A DNA stretch of 60,190 nucleotides, filler included, from Sluysia triapertura (Eukaryota), in assembly GCA_046118255.1 (NCBI GenBank). It is 5 parts of 5 records of this genome, joined end to end, with 100 filler letters (N's around TTAATTAATTAA, not from the genome) between each part and the next. Parts side by side here need not be neighbours in the genome. Positions count along the whole stretch, not along the records: positions 49,332 to 60,190 come from JBJNIA010192472.1; 4 more parts are not named here. One strand, written 5' to 3'. The notes beneath the pieces are model-generated. The model did no database searches. It was not told where the DNA came from and was given only the letters and a program-made list of their open reading frames with translations. Shown piece after piece: positions 51,761 through 60,190 of the stretch; positions within the stretch are counted from its first letter, which is position 1; every line of letters starts with the position of its first letter. A program made the position numbers and the translations under genes.

Positions 51761-53244
51761 CTTCATCAACAAAAAATATTGATTGGAATTTAAAAATAGG
51801 TGTAGATAAATGATAGTATTGCTTTTTGTAATGGAAATAATTACTAAATATATAGTGTAATATAATTATAGTTAGCAATTAAAATTGTAGAAGGGAAATT
51901 AATGGCATTTAATACTTCACTAAGCTGCTGAATCATCAATAATATACATAAAATTAGTTTACAAATCAAATGCAATATAGTTATTGTATAAAATTTTATC
52001 CATCAAAATGTATTTAAATTAATAACTCATTTACTTTACTTATTATTATAAGTATATTATATTTAATACATTTGATGCATTTTAATTTTGAAATTTATAT
52101 ATTGAGTATCTTTAGATTATTATTAGATAATTTATTTAGCATTAAAACTTATTTTATTACTTATTTAGAATAGGGTGATAAAAACTTATGAAGTTTATTT
52201 TATTTTAGGTATTATAATCTTTGTAATCTTGTTGTTATTATTAAGATTACTGGTGAGTATACAGAATTTATAACTTCAAACTCTAATTATACTGTATGAC
52301 GTCTTAATTTCTTACAGTTAATATCGTATGACCAGTTTCTTTCTATATTAAATTATATGCATCCGATCTCATTCTATATTTATTTTTGTGATTGTATGAC
52401 CAATTTTTTCTGTATAATAGTTGATTACATTCCGTATTATAATTTTAGCCATATAATTTATTTAATTATATCTGCTTTGCGGTAGTTATTATCATTTGTG
52501 TTTTTTGGTGGTCTTATTGGCGTTACCGTTCTTTTCCCTAACTATTTTATCTCATTTTAGCTTTAGTTTCTTTTTTTATTCCATTGATTAAATGTGTTTT
52601 GAGTATTTCTTTTATATGCAAAATTATTTGCTTTTTTTATTTGTCTTCATTGTGTCTACACAGCAAGTTTGATATTTATTTTTATTTTAGTATAAGTTTG
52701 ATTATTATTTTATATTTTGATATTTTATTGTTTATATGTGGAGTCTCATATAATTCTATACGTATTAAGCATTATAACAAATACAAAAATTTAAACATTA
52801 TTTTATGATTTTATCAAAAATGTCAATCCAAAATAAAAAAATTTAAAACTCAATTAAAGAAATATTTTTTTCTTTATTCACTTATATCCACGTTAAAAAT
52901 TTATATAAAAATTATACAGAAAAAAGAAATAAAAATTATATTAATAAATTCACTTTACATTATTTTTACAAACATGTTTATCATAAAAATTTCATTTTAT
53001 TAAAAGTTATCAGTATTCACTTATATTTGTAAATAATTTTGATTCAGTTGTCATATGTACTTGCTAAAAATAGTAACATTAATAAAATTATTTAATTTGT
53101 CTATTGTTTTAATAACAATAAAGTATATAAAATGTATCTTTAATACACGTCAATTTAAAAACAATTGCAATAAAATGTCAATGATGTTTATTTACTTTCA
53201 ATAATAAATAGAATGTAAATATTAATTATAATTATTAATTTCAG

Positions 53245-53289
53245 CAACTACGGGATGGAACAGTGCGAGGAACAACTCAAATGGATTAA
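53245..53289 (+). CDS. KIF4: Kinesin-4 gene, candidate terminal exon F
   Basis: TTTCAG acceptor, phase 0, QLRDGTVRGTTQMD*; GC-richer island. Separated from exon E by a gap. Confidence 0.45.
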   Translation, partial: QLRDGTVRGTTQMD

Positions 53290-53839
53290 TTTTATAAATT
53301 GAATATACATATATATAAATAATAATTTAATTGATAAATTAAATTGTTATTCTTGTAATAATTTTTGTTAAAATTATATTTTATTGTACTTTTTTAACAT
53401 CCGAAAATGTATGGTATTATCACAAACAATACCAAATGAGATATTGTATGTATATACTATGTTGATTTCAGTTCTTTCATTTATTGATTTTACTTGAGGG
53501 ATCTCGTTACGTAATATAGTTAAATGAATGTGAAATTATTATTATCATAATTATTATCCAATTAAATTTTAGTGCAGAACCAAAAATAGTCAAACGATTT
53601 CAGTGTAGATTTATTTTTAGTTTTAGATTTGGTATATGTTCGTGTTTTTTAATTGGTCTATTGTTGACTAATTATTCTTTCTTCTTATATTATTTTTGTT
53701 TTAATAAAACGAGTTAAAGAAGGAACAAAGAACCAGAAGTAATATTATCGTTTCAAAAATTTTTAAAAATATTTTCAAAATTTATTTCAAATTTCGTTTG
53801 GAGATTAGTGGCTAGAAAACAAATCGTTATTAAAGAAAT

Positions 53840-54501
53840 ATGGAAGATTTTGAGAATGATGAAGATTATACCAATGAGCTAGTCAATAAAGCTGTTCAGG
53901 TTGTGCCTAGAATCGTTGGTTCTTTAAATACAGAACAAAGATTTATTCTTTATGGATACTTTAAACAAGCAACTATTGGTGACTGTAACATTTATTTAAT
54001 CTTGAACCAAAATCCAAGTGCGAAGTTTGGAATCGTCTGAAGACGATTAGTTCAGTAGAAGCAAAAGAGAGGTATATTGAAAATTTAGACGAATTAAATC
54101 CAACATGGCGTAAAGGAAATCTTAAAGGTATGGTATTTGTAAGTTGGCCTAAGTTTTGTGTCGGTCATGCAGAAGAAATAGCAGATATAGACAAAAAGTC
54201 GGAAAGCGTTTTTGATTTCGTGCATGATAATAATGTTGAATTAAAAAATGTTTATAAAAGACTCGGTAATGAAGTTTTAATGATGCAAGAAAATGGATTA
54301 TTTTTAATAAATTGGGCCCGCGATCGTGGGTATGTAGATATCGTTAAATATTTACTTGATATTGGTTTTTCCGTTAATTTATTGAGTTCAGAATGCGTTT
54401 CTCCACTTATTTACAGTATAGATATTTGTAAACGAACGAAGCAATGCTATAATGACCAAAGTAATAAAGGAATGTCTCGTAAATCCTGCAATATTTCATG
54501 A
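53840..54501 (+). pseudogene. ACBD6: ACBD6-like (acyl-CoA-binding + ankyrin) intronless copy with frameshift
   Basis: LYGYFKQATIGDCN, a frameshift near 53990, then LFNLEPKSKCEVWNRLKTISSVEAKERYIENLDELNPTW, open into the ankyrin ENGLFLINWARDRGYVDIVKYLL (ACBD6 LHWACDRG). The PKPG-like segment is missing and the C-terminus diverges. Confidence 0.8.
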
Positions 54502-55525
54502 GTGCAATGAGAAATTTCAAATTACTCAAGTATATAGTTTTTATGATGCTATATCGAGTTGTAAGGCTGGTGTTTTGGACAGTGTGTGATCGGGTTCCTT
54601 GGTCATCGAGAGGCTGTGTCGACTGAAAATATTAGTTTATAGATTATTCTTTTTGCATTTTATGGAAATGTGTGATGCTTTTAATCTCGAATTTAAATAC
54701 TATGATCGATCTCATTATCTTTTACTAAATGTCTTTAGTTTTGAATTTAAATATATTAACGAATATTGTTATTTTTTGTTACAGTTTTTTATTTACAAGC
54801 TTAATTTAAGATATTTTGATTGCTACAAGGACCTTAAGTCCAATTTTCTTAATATTAAATTTCTAACTGTTAATTTTAAATCCATAAATTTTTATTTTAA
54901 AATCATTACAAATATATACCGGCCATCACAATTAGTTCACATGTTTATAAAAATAAATTTTTATTTCTTGTCTGTGTTAATTCTTGTAATTTTCTAAATA
55001 TGATTTTGTTAAATAAACCTGATACATTGTAAAACATTTCTTTAATATTATATTTAATAATATTCAATAATAAATTCGATACAAACTATAATTCAATTTT
55101 TAAATAATCATACCGATAAATTGTGCCAAGAACATATTTTTGCCACACTTATAAAAATAAGTTTTAGATTAAATTTATAGTATAGAATAGTTTATTATAG
55201 AATTTATTGAATAGAATAATTATTACTATTAGAATTAATATTAATATTACTATTAATATTAGAATTTATAGTATAGTAATATTGGAATAATTTAAATAAA
55301 TATTAACTGTAGAATTTATTAATATTATTATTTATAGAATGGAATTTATATTGGAATTATTGAAATTAGAAATTAATGAAAATTATCGGAATTTATTATA
55401 CAATCACTATATAAGAATCATTTCAGCAAGTATTCAGAATTGAATTAGACGCGGTTTATTGAAACTGTTGATAATCAAGTAGTTATATTGAAGATAAACG
55501 TGTAAAATAATAAAATATTCAACGA

Positions 55526-55590
55526 TAAATTCATTGAGTAAATAAAATAAATTCATTGAGTAAATAAAATAAATTCATTGAGTAAATAAA
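55526..55590. repeat. 22-nt tandem repeat, three copies
   Basis: TAAATTCATTGAGTAAATAAAA. Confidence 0.9.
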
Positions 55591-55637
55591 TGAATAATAG
55601 CGGAAATTACGTGATCCTCAGCGGATAAGAGACCCTC

Positions 55638-55682
55638 ATCCATCTCTTACATCAGAGACGAATAAGGATCTAATCTTCAGAA
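55638..55682 (+). repeat. Dispersed repeat family C, third copy
   Basis: CCATCTCTTACATCAGAGACGAATA...TTCAGAA matches 7696-7737. Confidence 0.5.
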
Positions 55683-55797
55683 CAAATTGAAATATTTAAT
55701 AAAAATAATTAACTTGGTACTAGTGATAAATAAAATACGAGTCAGTAACAATGCACAAACAAACAAAATCATTTGAAATAAGAAAAAATAAATAACA

Positions 55798-55798
<1 letters not shown>

Positions 55799-55838
<40 letters not shown>
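55799..55838. repeat. (AAT)n microsatellite
   Basis: Directly visible. Confidence 0.95.
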
Positions 55839-55839
<1 letters not shown>

Positions 55840-56379
55840 TCAAAGAATCTTTTTCATTAACTATCAAGTAGGTTTATTATTTTTTATAATTCGTGGTATC
55901 ATTAATCTGCATTTAAAACTGATAAATATTTTTCGAAATAATCTTTTCGGTTTAAAAAGTTTATTTATTTAAGCTAAGGCTTCTAAAGAAACCTTTATTC
56001 ATTTTGTTATTTAAAATTGTTTTAAATTAATGTTTCGTCGGACAAATTTTCATTTTAAATTCTAATTAGTGTAAAATTTGATTATCTTTGTTAATTATTG
56101 TATTTCAAAAACTGTTCGTCAACCTTATGTGTACTCTATTAATAAATGTTTGTCCTTCAACTATGAACATTCGATTGTGTTAAAACAATTAATTTTTGGG
56201 CTTTAGCTTTCATTTATTTTGATTTTAGAATTTACATTATAAAATTTAAGATTAAATAAACATTCAAAGTAATTACGTACTGCAAAGATTTTTGCTGTGT
56301 ACAATCTCAAGTACAGTACTGATACACATTCGATAATTAATAAATAACAATTTCGTTAAATTTGACATTCGAAAATTTA

Positions 56380-56910
56380 TTAAATACAGCTAAACTAATT
56401 GTTCATTCATTGATAACTAACAACATAGATTTTAACAATGGTTATTGTACTCAATCTCATATAGAAAAGTGAAAAAAGTGCAATTAATAATTAATCAAAC
56501 AGCAAGACTAATTCCCCAAGTGGAAAGAATATCTCACATAACACTTTATCTTAAGGAATTACATTGGTTGCCAATAAAAGCAAGAATAGAATTCAAAATC
56601 ATGACAATAATTTACAAATGCTTACATTATGGAAGTTCTGAATATCTCAGAAATAATAAAAAATCGGAAACCAAGATGAATATTTCATTGAGACATAATA
56701 ATAATTCGCAGTGATAATAAGTTAGGTGATAAGTTATACACCGTTTATGTTTCAAAAATATACAACCAGTACTACCAGAGAATGCCAAATTAATGGAAGA
56801 TTATGAAATATTTAAGAAAAGGCAAAGTTGTTTCTGTTTCAAAAATATTATAGTGAATGATTTATTTTAAGCGCTTTTGAGTACTTACTTTGTAGTAGAC
56901 ATGAGCGTTC
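56380..56910 (+). mobile_element. 5'-truncated L2/CR1-group non-LTR retrotransposon (ORF2 C-terminus + 3' UTR)
   Basis: NQTARLI...SHITLYLKELHWLPIKARIEFKIMTIIYKCLH matches the L2-type HITP.L..LHWLPV..RI.FK motif. Confidence 0.85.
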
Positions 56911-58039
56911 ATTATAGAATCTCAAATTACCGCCAAATGAAAAAAGAAACCTCATTTCAAATACGGTGATTCGTTACTTCAAAATAATTGTAGATTAAAC
57001 TAAATTTAATGACTTTAACTTACACTTTATTAGTAATTAACAACTCTTCGTACTCAAGTTATAATTATTCGTAAACTTTTACTTTTAATTTTCTTAAATT
57101 ATTCTTATTTAATTCTATGATCAATAACTTCTCGTTACTTAAACTGTCACCATACTTTGACTACTAATATTAAAATGATTTTAAAACCTTTGTGGTTCTA
57201 ACTCTTATCTAATGTAAATGCGAATAAAATTTTAAATTTTCTTTCCACGTCTCAATAAGGAATTAACAAAAACTCGATGATCTAAAAGGTATTCATACAA
57301 TTAGTCATTCCTAAATTTTAAAATTATAATTGATATTGATGGAATTTCTCGAATTTTCGATTTCTTTTTTGGAAAATAATTTTCTTTTACGAAAATTAAC
57401 AATTGTAAATAATTCCTTTGATGAAATTTGATAAGTTTGGATGGTTATAATAAATAAAAGTTTAACATAAATAGTTTATTGTTTTGCATTGAGATAATTA
57501 AAAAACACTTCTATCACTTACATCATAGACGAGTAAATTTTGACATTCCGAATGAATTTCAATATTTAATTGAGATTTTATAATGACTAACTTTAAAGTA
57601 AAATCCGACCTAATAAGATTAATATTAGTAATTATAGACGAATGATTCAGTATTAATTCAAACACACAAAAAATAATTTTAAATAAATAACAACTAATAC
57701 ATTTTAATTTCATAGCATTTTGAGTGTATTTTTTGAAATATTTATTTTCCAAATTTCTAAGATAATTCTTCTGAATCATATGAAACGTTCTTATTGGTTG
57801 AAAAAGCAGTTTTAAAACAATTATCAAAGTTTTTAGACAAAAAATAATCTTCATTAAACAAAATCAGATATATTAAGAATAAATTACGATGTTTTAAATG
57901 GTTTTAGTCTTAATTAACATATATAATTAACATATACTACGATATTAATTAATTGTACTGCTGAAAAGTGTAAATATGAATTAAAGAAAATATAAAATAT
58001 TATAAAATTTATTAAACTTGATAACTAATAATATAGATT

Positions 58040-58240
58040 TTAATAATGGTATATAAATGCTTAATTAGAAAAGTTCTGAATATCTCTTAGAAATAATAAT
58101 AATATTAATAATAAAGTTGAAAACTACAATCAATGTTTGTAAATATAAATTCAGTGATAACAAGATATTGAAAAATCATATGAAACATTTAAACAAAAAA
58201 CAAAGTTCTTTCTATTTCAGAAATATTATAGTGAATAATT
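58040..58240 (+). mobile_element. Degraded L2-type 3' fragment
   Basis: AAGTTCTGAATATCTCTTAGAAATAATAA and CAAAGTTCTTTCTATTTCAGAAATATTATAGTGAAT match the 56630-56860 copy. Confidence 0.65.
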
Positions 58241-58269
58241 AACTATTTTATATATGATATTAGTGTAGT

Positions 58270-58595
58270 AGAATAGAATTCAAAGTCATGACAATAATTT
58301 ACAAATGTTTACATTATGGAAGTTCTGAATATCTTTTAGAAATAATAAAAAATTTGGAAACCAAGATGAATATTTAATTGAGACATAATAACAATCTATA
58401 CAGAATCAACAGTGATAATAAGCTGGATGATAGGTTATATAACGTTTATGTTTCGAAAATATACTACCAGAGAATGTCAAATTAGTGGAAGATTATGAAA
58501 TATTTAAGAAAAAGACAAAGTTCTTTCTGTTTCAGAAATATTATAATGAATTGTTTATTTTAAGCTCTTTTGAGTATATATGAGTGCAATAAACA
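58270..58595 (+). mobile_element. L2-type 3' fragment, close paralog of 56583-56890
   Basis: AGAATAGAATTCAAA.TCATGACAATAATTTACAAATG.TTACATTATGGAAGTTCTGAATATCT is near-identical in both copies. Confidence 0.85.
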
Positions 58596-59179
58596 TTAAT
58601 GTATTATTAATATAAATAAAAAAAATTATTATTATAATCATATTTTGAAAAAATCATAAATATATCTAATTAATATTTTTCAATGTAACACAAATAAACC
58701 TAAATAATCCTAAATAATAATAATATATTTTACATTTTTTCAATGAAATAATCATTTTTTATTATATTGTCATTTTAAAATAATTAATTTTTTTATAATA
58801 AAATCATTTTATTATTATTGATTATAATAATGATTATAATCAAGTTATATTTCTAATTCTTAAATCATTTGGATGCAAATAAAATTTGTCACTTTTTACT
58901 CAATAAACTCTTCGAGGCATAACTCCTATTCTATAGCAAATTCTATAATTATAATTTTATATTAGGGCTGTTTCCGGTGCACTAGATAAATTTTCTGCAC
59001 CTGGTGCTGATTTAGGTGCACCTGATTTTATCTTATGAACATGAACAATAAATAAATGACAGTATAGTGTGTGATGGTCGAGGTTTAAAGGTTTGAAAAT
59101 TGAGTAATAATAAAAATTTATTTAAATCAAATACTTTTACTTTACCAAAATGGGACTTAAGGTCCTTTCGAATTATTAT

Positions 59180-59848
59180 TTAAGAAGAACGAAAAATAGG
59201 CGTAAGGCCTGATATTAATTCGTCAGATACAACTAAATAAATAAAATAAAGTCTATCTTCATCTATTTCACACATTAATAACAAAAAAAGTAAGTAAAAA
59301 TAATTATGATCGATCATTTTAAAATTTGAATCAGCCAACCACTTCCCGCTGGAAACAAGATCGACTCCTTGGCACGACTGATTCCGAAAAGCCAACATTT
59401 CATCTATGTGATTAATTTCTTGTGACGGATTTTCACTGTGTAATACGACTTTAATATTTAAATCATTATGAATCAATGGTCACATCTCAAAGTCAGTTTG
59501 ACACTGTTGAGTTGCAAATGCTTTCGAGTCAAAACTTAAAACATTCTCATATAATTCATAAGGTCTGTCCAGCTCATATTTATTTCCGATACGAACTTTA
59601 GAACATGATGATGGTGAGTAGTTGTAGCATCTTATGAGCTTCTTATCGATTTCTCCAAAATCAATTTTAAAATTAAACAAATTAGGACCTGGTTTCATAA
59701 AAATCGGAGTATATTGACCTTCTTCTAAAAATACTGAAATATAACAAAGAAGCGTACTTGGAGGATTGTAAGAATCATGGATGACAGTGTCGACTCGTTT
59801 CTGAAAACGGGGAATTAAGTTATAAAATTCGAATTGTTTTAAATCCAC
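59180..59848 (-). pseudogene. Orphan intronless ORF (222 codons) split by one in-frame TGA
   Basis: The two listed ORFs are in the same frame (59848-59476 = 372 nt). The junction reads QQCQTDFEM*PLIHNDLN, TGA at 59480-59482. Starts at GTG. No recognised domain. Confidence 0.5.
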
Positions 59849-60190
59849 TTGGTATTTTATTTACTTTAAAAATTTTCTCGAAATGAAAACCTTTTTTTAA
59901 ACTTTTTCTAAACCGATATGAATATTAAAACGAATATTACTTAACTGAAATTTTCTTTATAGTTATAAATTAATAAAAGTAATAAAAAATGAAAAAAATA
60001 ATAGAGTGAAAAAATAATAAAAATAAAATATAAAAATAGTAAAAATAATGTTGCGTCTTTAAAATCTGTGAGTTATTATAACTCAATATTATTATCTTGA
60101 TCAGCTTAAAGCTTAATAATTTCAATAGTTAGTATATCAAGTATAATTTTACCGTAATCCCTTTTTTATAACTATGTCAATAACTATTAT

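Noticed and set aside
52584-57854. F/I/L/Y/K/N-rich ORFs such as 52584-52808, 54599-54997 and 57498-57854 (likewise 8776-9009, 20593-20844, 25535-25741)
   Set aside because: Composition is that expected from AT-rich or simple-repeat DNA; mostly non-ATG starts; no domains.
58943-59025. TAGGGCTG followed by repeated (GG)TGCAC motifs, a possible MITE end
   Set aside because: No matching second terminus found in the window.
1-60190. Genome-wide stop-codon reassignment
   Set aside because: The kinesin and VWA5A-like exons have no internal stops, use TGG for Trp and end in TAA. Decayed regions contain all three stop types plus frameshifts.

Overview
Very AT-rich eukaryotic nuclear DNA, probably from an invertebrate. 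Evidence: GT-AG introns with mostly TTTCAG acceptors, (AAT)n/(TA)n microsatellites and animal-type transposons. It comes from a scaffolded draft with five N gaps, four of them carrying an artificial TTAATTAATTAA linker. I found no prokaryotic operon, CRISPR array, rRNA or intact tRNA. The best-supported host gene is the 3' part of a kinesin-4 (KIF4/chromokinesin-like) gene on +, reconstructed by hand as six phase-compatible exons (36985-53289, 480 codons plus stop, no motor domain in view). Other host-like sequences are a VWA5A-like terminal exon, a RanBP2-type zinc-finger exon, a frameshifted intronless ACBD6-like copy and a cryptic minus-strand chain of short exons. Most of the rest is decayed mobile DNA: two Ty3/gypsy remnants (one with a tRNA-Leu-like PBS), two mariners, two Tigger/pogo elements, Tc1/IS630-like and hAT-like fragments, L2-type LINE 3' ends, a tRNA-Cys-derived element and three dispersed non-coding repeat families, two with hairpin ends. 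The least explained signal is a set of compact orphan minus-strand ORFs with few stops, three of them nested antisense in kinesin introns. I cannot demonstrate a complete novel biological system. All homology calls are by-eye motif recognition, with no searches run.
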